From NCBI GenBank assembly GCA_003551625.1, contig PUNC01000243.1, positions 1 through 60,741 on the forward strand: a stretch of 60,741 bases of DNA, given 5' to 3'. Positions 29,877 through 39,839 of the stretch are shown one piece after another. The stretch's first letter is position 1, and every line of letters starts with the position of its first letter. The translations under genes and the position numbers were made by a program. Under the pieces are notes generated by a model. It worked only from the letters and a program-made list of their open reading frames with translations, had not been told where the DNA came from and searched no databases. The DNA comes from PVC group bacterium (GTDB lineage: Bacteria; Auribacterota; Erginobacteria; Erginobacterales; PUNC01).

Positions 29877-30443
29877 TTAGTGGAGGAGCCTGCCTTCCAG
29901 CTGTCTCAGGCCGAAACGCAGGTAGGGGACGATGGAGGCGGCGGTGAGCGCCGTGGCCGCCCAGACCGGGAGAACGGGCAGCGGCAAACGCACCAGCACC
30001 CAGGCGACGACGGTCATCTGGCTGACCGCCGCGAACTTGCCGACCCGGGTCGGCCGGACTTCAACGTTGCCCCGCATCAGAGCGATGATCACCGCCCCCC
30101 CGATGATCATCAGGTCCCGGCTGATCACCAGGATGGCGAACCAGGGCGGCAGGCGGAAGAGTTCCCCGATCCCCAGGGTCAGCAGGATGACGGCGCTGTT
30201 GAGCAGGAGCTTGTCGGCCAGGGGATCGATGATCCGCCCCAGTTCCGTATGCAGCCTCCGGGACCGGGCGATATACCCGTCCAAACCGTCGGAGATCACG
30301 GCGACGACGAATATTCCCAACGCCGCCAGATAGTAGCCCCCCCGGCCGGTCCGGTCGTAGTAAAGCATCGCCATCACGAAAAACGGGATGGCGACGAACC
30401 GGAAGATGGTGATCTTATTGGGAAGGGACAGTCGCGTCTTCAC
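29877..30443 (-). CDS. pgsA: CDP-diacylglycerol--glycerol-3-phosphate 3-phosphatidyltransferase
   Basis: LPNKITIFRF..DGLDGYIARS..G..IDPLADKLL is the CDP-alcohol phosphatidyltransferase motif. GTG start, 29-nt overlap with the gltX end. Confidence 0.85.
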   Translation of the reverse strand: MKTRLSLPNKITIFRFVAIPFFVMAMLYYDRTGRGGYYLAALGIFVVAVISDGLDGYIARSRRLHTELGRIIDPLADKLLLNSAVILLTLGIGELFRLPPWFAILVISRDLMIIGGAVIIALMRGNVEVRPTRVGKFAAVSQMTVVAWVLVRLPLPVLPVWAATALTAASIVPYLRFGLRQLEGRLLH

Positions 30444-31782
30444 CGGAGCCTCCGTTTTCCTTGATCCGGGTGAGAGCTCGGTCGAGGCGGGCCAGAACCC
30501 GCTCCCGGCCCAGGACCGTCATCGTCTCGAAGATGCCGGGGCTGACGCTCATCCCCGTCAGCGCCACCCGGAGCGGATGAATCACCTCCCCGCCCTTGAC
30601 CCCCATCTCCTCGACCAGGGAACGCAGCGCTTTTTCCAGCTCTTCGGCCGTAAACCGCTCGCACCCGGCGAAAACCGTCTTCAGCCGGGATAGCAGTTCG
30701 GCGGTGGCCGCTCCTTTCCAATGACGGGCGGTCGCTTCCGGATCGTATTCGAAATCGTCGCGGAAGAAATACCCTCCCTTGACGGAAAAATCCCTGAGGG
30801 TCCGGGTCCGCTCTCCCATCACCTCCGCCACCGCCGTCAGCAGTCTCCGGTCCGCGCGCTCCAGCCCTTCCTCGGCCTTCAGGTATTCGCCGAGCAGCTC
30901 CGCCTGCCGAGCGGGCGGCAGCCGCCGCAGATGCTGGGAGTTTATCCATTCGAGCTTCCGGTAATCGAAGATCGCCGCCCGCTTGATCACCCGTTCCAGG
31001 GAAAATTCGGCGATCAGTTCCTCGGTGGCCAGGACCTCGCGGTCGTCCCCCGGCGACCAGCCCAGCAGGGCCAGGTAATTGCGCAGTCCGGAGGGCAGAA
31101 ACCCGTCCCGGCGAAACGCGTCCACCGAGGCGGCCCCGTGACGCTTGCTCAGGGGAGCGCGATCCGGCCCCAGGATCAGCGGCAGGTGAGCGAATGACGG
31201 CGGTTCCCACTCCAGGGCGCGCCAGAGAAGTATCTGCTTGGGAGTGTTGGGAAGGTGATCGTCTCCCCGGATTACGTGATCCACCTTCATATCGTGATCG
31301 TCGACCGCGCAGGCGAAATTATAGGCCGGGGCGCCGTCGGACTTGATCAGGACGATATCCTTGATCTCGGCGGTCGATACCGTTATCGGGCCGTAAACCA
31401 GATCCCGGAATTCAACCTCCCCTTCCGGGACCCGGTAGATCAGGGCCCGGCCCCCGCCGGGCGAATCTTCGCGGTAGGCCAGACCCCGGTCCCGGAGGCG
31501 CTCGGCCAGTTCGCGATAGCGGGCGAACCGCTCCGACTGGTAGCTGGGCCCCTCATCCCAATCCAGTCCCAGCCACCCGAGTTCCTCGAGAATCCGTCGG
31601 CTTAAAGCGGGATCCGAACGTTTGAGATCGCTGTCCTCGATCCGGAGGATGAAACTCCCCCCGTGGCGGCGGGCGAACAGCCAGTTGAAGAGCGCCGTCC
31701 GCGCTCCGCCGACGTGGAGATGTCCGGTCGGGCTGGGGGCGAAACGAACCCGGGGCTTCCGGTCGGGGCTGGAATCTTTCAC
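30415..31782 (-). CDS. gltX: Glutamate--tRNA ligase
   Basis: RVRFAPSPTGHLHVGGARTALFNW (HIGH) and PLSKRHG (KMSKS-like). GTG start. Confidence 0.92.
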   Translation of the reverse strand: MKDSSPDRKPRVRFAPSPTGHLHVGGARTALFNWLFARRHGGSFILRIEDSDLKRSDPALSRRILEELGWLGLDWDEGPSYQSERFARYRELAERLRDRGLAYREDSPGGGRALIYRVPEGEVEFRDLVYGPITVSTAEIKDIVLIKSDGAPAYNFACAVDDHDMKVDHVIRGDDHLPNTPKQILLWRALEWEPPSFAHLPLILGPDRAPLSKRHGAASVDAFRRDGFLPSGLRNYLALLGWSPGDDREVLATEELIAEFSLERVIKRAAIFDYRKLEWINSQHLRRLPPARQAELLGEYLKAEEGLERADRRLLTAVAEVMGERTRTLRDFSVKGGYFFRDDFEYDPEATARHWKGAATAELLSRLKTVFAGCERFTAEELEKALRSLVEEMGVKGGEVIHPLRVALTGMSVSPGIFETMTVLGRERVLARLDRALTRIKENGGSGEDATVPSQ

Positions 31783-31828
31783 GCGGTCGTATCCTTTTCC
31801 AAACTCAATTCCCCGCGGCGCGCCAACT

Positions 31829-32377
31829 TCAGGACGAGAGCGGAAAATCGAGGTGAAGCGCCCGCCGGTTGATCTCGAGCAGTTTCCGGTGCCGGGCGGG
31901 CAACAGGGATTTCAGGGCCTCTTCCACCGCCCCCGGGTTAAGCAGGCGGGAGAAGCGGAGATAGGCCCCCAGCATCACCATATTGGCGGCCTTGGCGCTG
32001 CCCGCCTCTTCCGCCAGCCGGTTCGCCTCGACCCCGTATATCTCCAGGTCGTCCCGGCCGAGAGGAGCGGCGGCCAGCGAACTGTTGACCAGCAGAATCC
32101 CCCCCCGCCGCACCCGGGTTTGAAATTTTTCCAGCGAGGGGCCGTTCATAACGACGGCGGCATCGGGAGATTCGATGACCGGGGAAGGGATCTCGTCTTC
32201 GGAGATTATCACGTGACAGTGGGCGGTTCCCCCCCTGACCTCGGCCCCGTAGGACGGCAGATAGGTCACGTTCCGGCCCAGCAAGTGTCCCGCCTGAGCC
32301 AGGATCTTTCCGGCCAGCATAATCCCCTGGCCGCCGAAACCGGCGACGATGATCTTTTCCTGGCCGTCAGCCTTCAT
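31829..32377 (-). CDS. 2-oxoacid:ferredoxin oxidoreductase gamma subunit
   Basis: IIVAGFGGQGIMLAGKILAQAG..YGAEVRGGTA. ATG 32377 is preferred over the track start at 32407. Confidence 0.85.
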   Translation of the reverse strand: MKADGQEKIIVAGFGGQGIMLAGKILAQAGHLLGRNVTYLPSYGAEVRGGTAHCHVIISEDEIPSPVIESPDAAVVMNGPSLEKFQTRVRRGGILLVNSSLAAAPLGRDDLEIYGVEANRLAEEAGSAKAANMVMLGAYLRFSRLLNPGAVEEALKSLLPARHRKLLEINRRALHLDFPLSS

Positions 32378-33152
32378 CTTCACCGCCCCCGTCCCGGTTT
32401 CCGGCACCCTCCTTGATCACCCCGATGGGATAATGGGGAATAACGACTTCGCTTATCCGCCGGGCGCCGGCGGTCGGGCTGAGCGCCCAGTAGGTCGGGC
32501 AGGCGGAAAGAAGCTCGACCAGGGAAAGCCCCTGCCCGGAGAACTGATTCTCGAAAGCGCGGCGGATGAATTTCTTGGCCTTGAGAATATTGGCCGGCCG
32601 ATCGAGGGCTCCCCGCGCCACGTAGCCGGTCCCCTCCAGCTGGGCCAGGACCTCGCAGACCCTGATCGGGGGGCCGGTCAGGGAGAGGTCCCGGCCGGCG
32701 GGAGTGGTCCTGGTCTTCTGCCCGATCAGGGTGGTGGGGGCCATCTGCCCTCCCGTCATCCCGTAGATGCCGTTGTTGACGAAGATCACCGTTATCCGTT
32801 CTCCCCGGTTGGCGGCGTGGATGATCTCCGCGGTGCCGATCGCCGCCAGGTCACCGTCCCCCTGGTAGGTGAAGACCGCCAGATCGGGACGAAACCTCTT
32901 CATCCCGGTGGCGACCGCCGGGGGGCGACCGTGCGGGGCCTCGCAGACATCGAAGTTGAAGTAATCGTAGGCCAGAACCGCGCAGCCGACCGGAGCCACC
33001 CCCACCGTCTTTTCCCTGATCCCGAGTTCGTCGATCACCTCCGCGATCAACCGGTGAGCGACACCGTGGCCGCAGCCGGAGCAGTAGTGTGTGCAAGCCG
33101 GGGTCAGACTCTCCGGAGCGCGGTATAAGCTCTGGTCGTTATTCCGGCTCAA
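32367..33152 (-). CDS. 2-oxoacid:ferredoxin oxidoreductase beta (TPP-binding) subunit
   Basis: CSGCGHG..GDGDLAAIG..NNGIYGMTGGQ. The TTG start overlaps the alpha-subunit stop (TTGA). Confidence 0.88.
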   Translation of the reverse strand: MSRNNDQSLYRAPESLTPACTHYCSGCGHGVAHRLIAEVIDELGIREKTVGVAPVGCAVLAYDYFNFDVCEAPHGRPPAVATGMKRFRPDLAVFTYQGDGDLAAIGTAEIIHAANRGERITVIFVNNGIYGMTGGQMAPTTLIGQKTRTTPAGRDLSLTGPPIRVCEVLAQLEGTGYVARGALDRPANILKAKKFIRRAFENQFSGQGLSLVELLSACPTYWALSPTAGARRISEVVIPHYPIGVIKEGAGNRDGGGEDEG

Positions 33153-34231
33153 CTTCCCCCTCCTTCCAGAAAATTGGTGATGAATCCCTCGATCTCTTCC
33201 ACCGTCAGAATCTCGCCGCCGCCGCGGCCGAAAAATTCCACCGGGGCGCGGCCGCAGACCGCCAGCCTCACGTCCTCGACCATCTGACCGAAGCTCATCT
33301 CCACGGCCGCGAAGGAGACGCCCCCCCCGCCGGCCAGTTCGGCCAGGCGTCGGCGCGGGAAAGGCCAGAGGGTAAGCGGCTGAAAATACCCGATCTTGAC
33401 CCCCCGCCGGCGCAGCTTGCGGACCACGTGGCGGCAGATCCGGGCGCTGATCCCGTAAGCCACCAGGACCAGCTCGGCGTCGGCGGTCTCCTCCTCCCGC
33501 CAGCGGGCCTCCTTCTCCTCGATCCGGTGGTATTTTTCCTGCAGACGGAGATTGTGGCCCTCCAGAACCCGGGTCCCGAGGTAGAGGGAGCGTATCACCC
33601 GGGGGGGGCGATCCCGCGCTCCGGTCAGGTTCCAGTCGGCGGCATGCCGGTCGAGCGGAGAAAAAGCCGGCAGAAAGACCGGCTCCATCATCTGCCCCAG
33701 AATGCCGTCCCCCAGCACCATCACCGGCGTGCGGTAACGATCGGCCAAGTCAAAAGCCAGAACGGTCAGGTCGGCCATCTCCTGGACGGTGGCTCCGGCC
33801 AGAACCGGGGTGTAGTAATCGCCGTGGCCGCCGCCCCGGGTGGCTTGGAAATAATCGGACTGAGCGGGACCGATATTCCCCAGGCCGGGGCCTCCCCGGA
33901 CCATATTGACGATTACCGCCGGCAGCTCCATCCCCGCCATATAGGAGATGCCCTCCTGCTTGAGGCTGATCCCGGGGCTGGAGGAAGAGGTCATCGCCCG
34001 GGCGCCGAGGGCCGAAGCTCCCAGGACCATATTGATCGCCGCCACCTCGCTCTCGGACTGGATGAATACCCTCCCCTCCTCGGGCAACCGCGCCGACATA
34101 TAGGCGATCAGCTCGTTCTGGGGCGTGATCGGGTAACCGAAATAACACTGGCAGCCGGCCCGGATCGCCGCCTCGGCGATCGCCTCGTTACCGCAGAGCA
34201 GCACCGCTTCCCGGTTGTTCGCCGCGCTCAT
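33149..34231 (-). CDS. 2-oxoacid:ferredoxin oxidoreductase alpha subunit
   Basis: CGNEAIAEAAIRAGCQCYFGYPITPQNE. Confidence 0.88.
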   Translation of the reverse strand: MSAANNREAVLLCGNEAIAEAAIRAGCQCYFGYPITPQNELIAYMSARLPEEGRVFIQSESEVAAINMVLGASALGARAMTSSSSPGISLKQEGISYMAGMELPAVIVNMVRGGPGLGNIGPAQSDYFQATRGGGHGDYYTPVLAGATVQEMADLTVLAFDLADRYRTPVMVLGDGILGQMMEPVFLPAFSPLDRHAADWNLTGARDRPPRVIRSLYLGTRVLEGHNLRLQEKYHRIEEKEARWREEETADAELVLVAYGISARICRHVVRKLRRRGVKIGYFQPLTLWPFPRRRLAELAGGGGVSFAAVEMSFGQMVEDVRLAVCGRAPVEFFGRGGGEILTVEEIEGFITNFLEGGGS

Positions 34232-34235
34232 CGGG

Positions 34236-34439
34236 TCACCTTTCGATCTCGATCGCCACGTCCGGACAGACCACGAAACATAGCCCGCAGCCGTTGCAAT
34301 CTTCCGGGCAATCGCTGACGATGTAATGCACCCCTTTGGCGTTCACTTTCTCGGAAGGATGGAGCATCTTCTTCGGGCAGACCTGCACGCAGAGATCGCA
34401 TCCTTTGCAGAGGCCGGGGTTGATCTTTACTTTGGGCAT
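34236..34439 (-). CDS. 2-oxoacid:ferredoxin oxidoreductase delta subunit (2x[4Fe-4S] ferredoxin)
   Basis: CKGCDLCVQVCP and CNGCGLCFVVCP. The delta-alpha-beta-gamma order matches OorDABC/KorDABG-type operons, but substrate specificity cannot be determined. Confidence 0.85.
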   Translation of the reverse strand: MPKVKINPGLCKGCDLCVQVCPKKMLHPSEKVNAKGVHYIVSDCPEDCNGCGLCFVVCPDVAIEIER

Positions 34440-34492
34440 TATGAATAATCCAGGCTGCGGTTAAATAGGCTAAGATAACGGACGGCCGGAGC

Positions 34493-35377
34493 TTACTCCC
34501 CGACTTTCTTGCGATAGTGGGAACTGCCCCCCCATTTCAGTTTTCGCCGCAGAATCCCATAATAGGAAAAGCGGGGGGAGGAAAACAGCATAAGTTTGTG
34601 CCGGCTTTTCTTCACCACGACCGCGTCCCCCTTGGTGAGCGCGAAACCGGCCTGCCCGTCCATTGTGACGAAGGTGTCCGGCGGCGCCGAGACCAGACGG
34701 AACTCAACCGATTTGTTGTCCTCGATGATCAAAGGCCGATTGGTGAGCGCGTGGGAGCAGATCGGGTTGATCAGGAAACATCCGACCCGGGGGCTGACGA
34801 TCGGCCCCAGCGCGGAGAGGGAATAGGCCGTGGAGCCGGTCGGAGTGGCCAGGATCACCCCGTCGGCGGTGTAGGTGGTCAGGTAGCGCCCTTCGATCCG
34901 GGCTTCCACCCTGATCACCCGGGCCAGCCCGCCCTTTCCGATCACCACTTCGTTGACCGCCGATACCAGGCGCGCCCCGCCCGGCGTGCCGGCGATCCGG
35001 CAGTCGAGCGTGACCCGGGGATCGATGTCCAAATCGCCCTTGACCAGCTCCCCGATCGCTTCCGTCAGTCCGGGAAGGGGCACCTCGGTCATAAAGCCCA
35101 ACCCCCCCAGGTTGATCCCCAGGATCGGAAGGCTCTTCCGCCCCAGGCGGTGAAAGGCCCTGATCAGGGTTCCATCCCCTCCCAGGACCACCAGCACCTC
35201 GATCTCCTCGGCTGGCTTTTCCAGCGTGAACGTCTCGCCCCCGGCTTTCAGCCGGGAGGCGAGTTCCTGCTCCCAGAAAACCCTTCCCCGCCGGGCGGTG
35301 ATCAGTTGGGCGGTCTTCCGGGCCTGCCGGAGCGCCACCGGTTTGCTCAAATTGGAGACGATTCCGATATTCTTCAT
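34493..35377 (-). CDS. nadK: NAD(+) kinase
   Basis: VLGGDGTLIRAF, GINLGGLGFMTE, DGVILATPTGSTAYSLSA. ATG 35377 (MKNIGIV) with GGAGAG upstream. Confidence 0.9.
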   Translation of the reverse strand: MKNIGIVSNLSKPVALRQARKTAQLITARRGRVFWEQELASRLKAGGETFTLEKPAEEIEVLVVLGGDGTLIRAFHRLGRKSLPILGINLGGLGFMTEVPLPGLTEAIGELVKGDLDIDPRVTLDCRIAGTPGGARLVSAVNEVVIGKGGLARVIRVEARIEGRYLTTYTADGVILATPTGSTAYSLSALGPIVSPRVGCFLINPICSHALTNRPLIIEDNKSVEFRLVSAPPDTFVTMDGQAGFALTKGDAVVVKKSRHKLMLFSSPRFSYYGILRRKLKWGGSSHYRKKVGE

Positions 35378-35455
35378 TCGAAGACCCTCTCCTGGTCCTC
35401 TTTTCTCAACCACGCATCGCGACGATTACCGGAATGGATTTTCAAGCCCATTCCA

Positions 35456-36235
35456 TTACTTACAGTTTTTCAATTCCAACGGCCCATCATTAAAACGCTC
35501 CGGGCCGAACTCGATCAAGACAAAAAATTCCCGGTTTCCCGCCGGGCCGGGAAGCCGTGAGGGAGTCACTCTCGTTTCGGACGCCCCCAGGCGCCGGGCG
35601 CATTCTCGGATCCGGTCCACCGCCCGCCGTCGGGCTTGCTCGTCGCGCACCACCCCGCCCTTGCCGACCTCGCGGGGGGAAAGCTCGAACTGCGGCTTGA
35701 CCAGGACCAGCAGCAGCCCCTTCCCTTCCCGCAGCAGGGGGAGAAGAGCGGGAAGAACCTTTTCCAGGGATATGAACGAAAGGTCGGCGGTTATCAGGTC
35801 GAATCCCTCGGGAAAATCCTCCCGGCGCAGATAGCGCGCGTTGACCCCTTCCCGCGCCACGACCCGCTCGTCCCGCCTCAGCTTCCAGGCAAGCTGCCCT
35901 TTGCCCACGTCCACGCAATAGACCCTCGCCGCGCCCTCCTGAAGAAGGCAGTCGGTGAACCCCCCGGTCGAGGCGCCGACGTCCAGCGCCACCAGCCCTT
36001 TCGCCTCCAACCCGAGGTCCTCCAGCGCGCCCTTCAATTTCTCCCCCCCGCGGCCGACATAGGGGGGAGGTTCATTGATCTCGACCGGCGCGGAGGCTTC
36101 CACCAGGCGGCCCGGTTTGTCGATCCGCGCGCCGGCGGAGAATACCGAGCCGGCGCGGATGGCGGCCTGGGCCCGGCGGCGGGTCTCGAAAAGCCCCCGC
36201 TCCACCAGCAACTGGTCGATCCGGACCCGCCCCAT
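35456..36235 (-). CDS. tlyA: TlyA family rRNA (cytidine-2'-O)-methyltransferase
   Basis: S4-like N-terminus RIDQLLVERGLFETRRRAQAAI plus DVGASTGGFTDCLLQ. Confidence 0.88.
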   Translation of the reverse strand: MGRVRIDQLLVERGLFETRRRAQAAIRAGSVFSAGARIDKPGRLVEASAPVEINEPPPYVGRGGEKLKGALEDLGLEAKGLVALDVGASTGGFTDCLLQEGAARVYCVDVGKGQLAWKLRRDERVVAREGVNARYLRREDFPEGFDLITADLSFISLEKVLPALLPLLREGKGLLLVLVKPQFELSPREVGKGGVVRDEQARRRAVDRIRECARRLGASETRVTPSRLPGPAGNREFFVLIEFGPERFNDGPLELKNCK

Positions 36236-36239
36236 AGTC

Positions 36240-38120
36240 TCAACCCGCCGAGGCGGGGAATCGCCGGGAGATGCGCTCGGCGACCCGCTCCGGAGTCAGT
36301 CCGCAGATCTCCCTGAGCTCGGCGACGGTTCCGTGCTCTACGAAACGGTCGGGGATTCCGATCCGGAACAGCGGGGTCCGTCCTCGCCCGGAGGCATCCA
36401 GCTCTTCCCCCAGCGCGCTGCCCAGCCCTCCCGCCAGAATATGCTCTTCCAGGGAAACGATCTTGAGCCCGGCGGCGGCGGAAGAGCGCAGAAGCTCGCC
36501 GTCCAGAGGCTTGATGAAGCGGGTGTTGACGACCCCGAAACTTCTTCCCCGCTCTTTCAGGATCCCGGCCGCGGCCAGGGCGGTCTCCACCATCGGTCCG
36601 ATGGCCCAGATCTCTCCCTCGTCCCCTTCGGCGACCCGCGCGGCGCGGCCCCAGGGATACCGGCGGAACGGCTTTGTAATCTTGGTCAACCCCGTCGCGC
36701 CGCGGGGATAGCGGATCGCCACCGGGCCGTCGCGGCCCAGCGCCGCCTCGATAAATGAACTCAACTCTTCCCCGTTTCGGGGCTGAATCAGGGTCAGGTT
36801 GGGGATGTGCCGGAGAAAAGCGATATCGAAAATCCCCTGGTGGGTGGCCCCGTCCTCCCCCACCAGGCCGGCGCGGTCCACCGCCAGAATAACGGGAAGG
36901 TTCTGGAGACAGATATCGTGGACGATCTGATCATACCCGCGTTGAAGAAAGGTTGAATACACGGCCACCACCGGCCGCAAACCATCCGCCGCCATCCCGG
37001 CGGCGAAGGTAAGGGCGTGTCCTTCGGCGATGCCGACATCGAAGAAGCGGTCGGGATAACGGCGGGCGAAGCCGGTCAACCCGGTCCCGGAGCACATTGC
37101 CGCGGTAATCGCGACCAGTTCCGGCGTCTTCGGGGCCAGGGCGGTCAGGGTCCGGCCGCAGATTTCGGAGTAGCTCAAAGACGCCGGGCGGCGGAGCGGA
37201 CGGCCGGTCTTGATCCGGAAAGGGGAGGCGCCGTGAAAAGTTTCGGGATGCTCCTCGGCGGGTTGGTAACCCTTGCCTTTTCTGGTCACGGCGTGGAGCA
37301 GGACCGGCTCGTCGATCCGCCTGATGTTTTCCAGGATCTCGAGGAGGGATTCCAGATTATGGCCGTCAACCGGCCCGAAATACCGGTAGCCGAATTCCTC
37401 GAATATCAGGCCGGGGACGATCAGCCCCTTTACCGACTCTTCGAGCTTGCGGACCACCTCCACCATCTTGAAACCGATGGCCGGAATCTTTTCCACGATG
37501 GCCGAGACCTCGGCCTTGACCCGGTTGTAGAAGGGGGCCGAAAGTATCCGGCTCAAGTATTCGCTGATGGCGCCGACGCTGGGCGAGATCGCCATCTCGT
37601 TGGCGTTGAGGACCACCAGGATGTTCCGGTGGCGCCCGCCCTGGTTGAGCGCTTCCAGGGCGGTGCCGCCGGTCAGCGCGCCGTCGCCGAGAAAGGCGAT
37701 TATCTTCTCTTTGCCGCCCCGGCGGTCGCGGGCGGCCGCCATTCCCAGCGCGGCCGAGATGGAGGTGCTGGCGTGGCCGGCGCCGAAAAAATCATAGGGG
37801 CTCTCCTGCCGGCGGGGGAAGCCGCTGATCCCTCCCAGCCGGCGCAGCGTCTTGAAGGCTTCCCTCCGCCCGGTAAGAATCTTGTGGGCGTAGGCCTGGT
37901 GACCGACGTCCCAGACGATCTTGTCGGCCGGAAGGTCGAAGACGCGATAGAGGGCCAGGGTAAGCTCGACCACTCCCAGACTGGAAGCCAGGTGCCCCCC
38001 GGTGCGGGAGACGGTGGTGATGATCTCCCGGCGAAGCTCCCGGGCGAGCTGTTCCAGCTCTTCCCGGCCCAACCCCTTAAGGTCGGCCGGCTGGTCAATC
38101 CGGTCGAGAATCCTGTCCAT
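36240..38120 (-). CDS. dxs: 1-deoxy-D-xylulose-5-phosphate synthase
   Basis: Internal ATG 38120 (MDRILDRIDQPADLKGL). Also GGHLASSLG, GDGALTGG, DVGIAEGHA. Confidence 0.92.
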   Translation of the reverse strand: MDRILDRIDQPADLKGLGREELEQLARELRREIITTVSRTGGHLASSLGVVELTLALYRVFDLPADKIVWDVGHQAYAHKILTGRREAFKTLRRLGGISGFPRRQESPYDFFGAGHASTSISAALGMAAARDRRGGKEKIIAFLGDGALTGGTALEALNQGGRHRNILVVLNANEMAISPSVGAISEYLSRILSAPFYNRVKAEVSAIVEKIPAIGFKMVEVVRKLEESVKGLIVPGLIFEEFGYRYFGPVDGHNLESLLEILENIRRIDEPVLLHAVTRKGKGYQPAEEHPETFHGASPFRIKTGRPLRRPASLSYSEICGRTLTALAPKTPELVAITAAMCSGTGLTGFARRYPDRFFDVGIAEGHALTFAAGMAADGLRPVVAVYSTFLQRGYDQIVHDICLQNLPVILAVDRAGLVGEDGATHQGIFDIAFLRHIPNLTLIQPRNGEELSSFIEAALGRDGPVAIRYPRGATGLTKITKPFRRYPWGRAARVAEGDEGEIWAIGPMVETALAAAGILKERGRSFGVVNTRFIKPLDGELLRSSAAAGLKIVSLEEHILAGGLGSALGEELDASGRGRTPLFRIGIPDRFVEHGTVAELREICGLTPERVAERISRRFPASAG

Positions 38121-38361
38121 CTTCAACCTCCGGAATCGAATCCGGCTCGAAAGGTTCGGGGGATAGCTTCCCCTCCAGGGATCGGCGAAGGATCTCGATC
38201 TTCTTCTCGGCCTCGGCGAGACGGCCGAGACAGAATCGGGAGAGCTTGACGCCCTCCTCATATTTCTTCATTCCTTCTTCCAGGGGAAGCTCCCGGCTTT
38301 CCATCTCCTGCACTATCTTTTCCAGGCGCTCCAGCGCCTGGTCGAACTTAAGCTGGGCCAT
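38095..38361 (-). CDS. xseB: Exodeoxyribonuclease VII small subunit
   Basis: FDQALERLEKIVQEMESRELPLEEGMKKYEEGVKLSRFC. Confidence 0.88.
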   Translation of the reverse strand: MAQLKFDQALERLEKIVQEMESRELPLEEGMKKYEEGVKLSRFCLGRLAEAEKKIEILRRSLEGKLSPEPFEPDSIPEVEDGQDSRPD

Positions 38362-38558
38362 GGCGTTACCTCATTCTAATAACGGAAATCAGGCTGTAGG
38401 GGCTTAGACTGTTAGACTATTAGGTAACGACTGACGAACCGGGCTGAAAGAAAGGGTCCGTGGTAAAGCAAGCTGTTTAGCCTGTTAGCCTTTCAGTCTA
38501 TTAGGCAAAGCCAAGAATTAAAACTTTGCGCCTTCGTGCCTTTGTGTGAGTTTGTAGT
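38362..38558. repeat. AT-richer stutter-repeat island between xseA and xseB
   Basis: gcttagac/tgttagac/tattaggt (38402-25). ctgtttagc/ctgttagcc/tttcagtc/tattaggc (about 38474-38507). aaactttgcgccttcgtgcctttgtgtgagtttgtagttt. Confidence 0.7.
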
Positions 38559-39839
38559 TTAATTTTTTCTTTTCGCCGTATCCCGGCTCTCCCCCGCCCG
38601 CACTTCCCGGACCACGGAGACAAAGCTCCCCCGGGAAAGCGTCGTCACCACCTCCCGGCCGGCCTTCAGGGCGGCGGAGTCCCTGATTATCTTACCATCC
38701 CGCCCGCGGGTTATGCTATAGCCGCGCGAGAGCACGTTCAGGGGACTGAGCGCCTCCAGCCGCGATACCAGCGACTCCAAACGCTGCCGGTAAAACCGCG
38801 CCCGCAGCGGCGGAATCCTTCCCAACTGTCCTATGAGATCGTCAATCCGCTGCTGGTAAGGGATAAGGAGGCGGGAAGGATCGGAGAGGAAGGGGCTGCC
38901 CGAGGCCCGCTCCAGGCGCCGGCGACGATTCTCCCAGGCGAATGACCGGCTTAACTCGAGCCGCCGGGCCAGCGAGTTGACATTCTCGAGCAGGTCGTCT
39001 TTCCGGGATACCACCAGCTCGGCGGCGGCCGAAGGGGTGGGCGCCCGCAGATCGGCCGCCAGGTCGGCCAGGGTCCAGTCGATCTCGTGACCGACGGCCG
39101 AGATAACCGGTATCCGGGAGCGGGCGATCGCCCGAACGACCGCCTCCTCATTGAAGGCCCAGAGATCCTCGAGGCTGCCCCCGCCCCGGCCGACGATAAG
39201 AACTTCCACCCCGCCGATCCGGTTGAACTCGTCGATGGCCCGCGCGATCTCGCCGGCCGCTTCCGAACCCTGAACCCGGGCCGGGTTGATCAAGATCTTA
39301 AGTCCCGCGAATCGGCGATTGACCACCTGCAGGATGTCCCGGATGGCGGCCCCGGTCGGAGAGGTCACGATGCCGATCCGGCGGGGAAACGGCGGGATCG
39401 GCAGCTTGCGCTCGGCGGCGAACAACCCTTCCGCCTCGAGTTTCTTTTTAAGCTGCTCGAGAGCGAGCTGGAGCGCGCCCAAACCTTTCGGCTCGGCCGC
39501 GCTCGCCAGCAACTGGTAGTTGCCCCGCGGCGGATAGACCGTGATCCTGCCCCGGACCACGATCCGAAGACCCTCCTCAAGCTCGAATCCGATCCCGGCC
39601 GCGGCGGAACGGAAGATCACCACCGCCAGCCGGCTCCGCTCGTCCTTGAGCGTGAAATAGAGATGCCCCGACTGGGGGCGGCGCAGATTCGACACCTCCC
39701 CCTCCACCCAGACCCGGGGGAATCCGGTTTCCAGACGGTGCTTGATCAAGCCGGTGAGCGCGCTGACTGAGTATACCCGCTCCCGATCGCCGCCGCCGGC
39801 TTCCGATTCGAACAGTTCCATCCCGCCGCTCGGTCCCAT
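38559..39839 (-). CDS. xseA: Exodeoxyribonuclease VII large subunit
   Basis: VYSVSALTGLIKHRLE..VWVEGEVSN..SGHLYFTLKD OB N-terminus plus the catalytic core. Confidence 0.9.
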   Translation of the reverse strand: MGPSGGMELFESEAGGGDRERVYSVSALTGLIKHRLETGFPRVWVEGEVSNLRRPQSGHLYFTLKDERSRLAVVIFRSAAAGIGFELEEGLRIVVRGRITVYPPRGNYQLLASAAEPKGLGALQLALEQLKKKLEAEGLFAAERKLPIPPFPRRIGIVTSPTGAAIRDILQVVNRRFAGLKILINPARVQGSEAAGEIARAIDEFNRIGGVEVLIVGRGGGSLEDLWAFNEEAVVRAIARSRIPVISAVGHEIDWTLADLAADLRAPTPSAAAELVVSRKDDLLENVNSLARRLELSRSFAWENRRRRLERASGSPFLSDPSRLLIPYQQRIDDLIGQLGRIPPLRARFYRQRLESLVSRLEALSPLNVLSRGYSITRGRDGKIIRDSAALKAGREVVTTLSRGSFVSVVREVRAGESRDTAKRKN

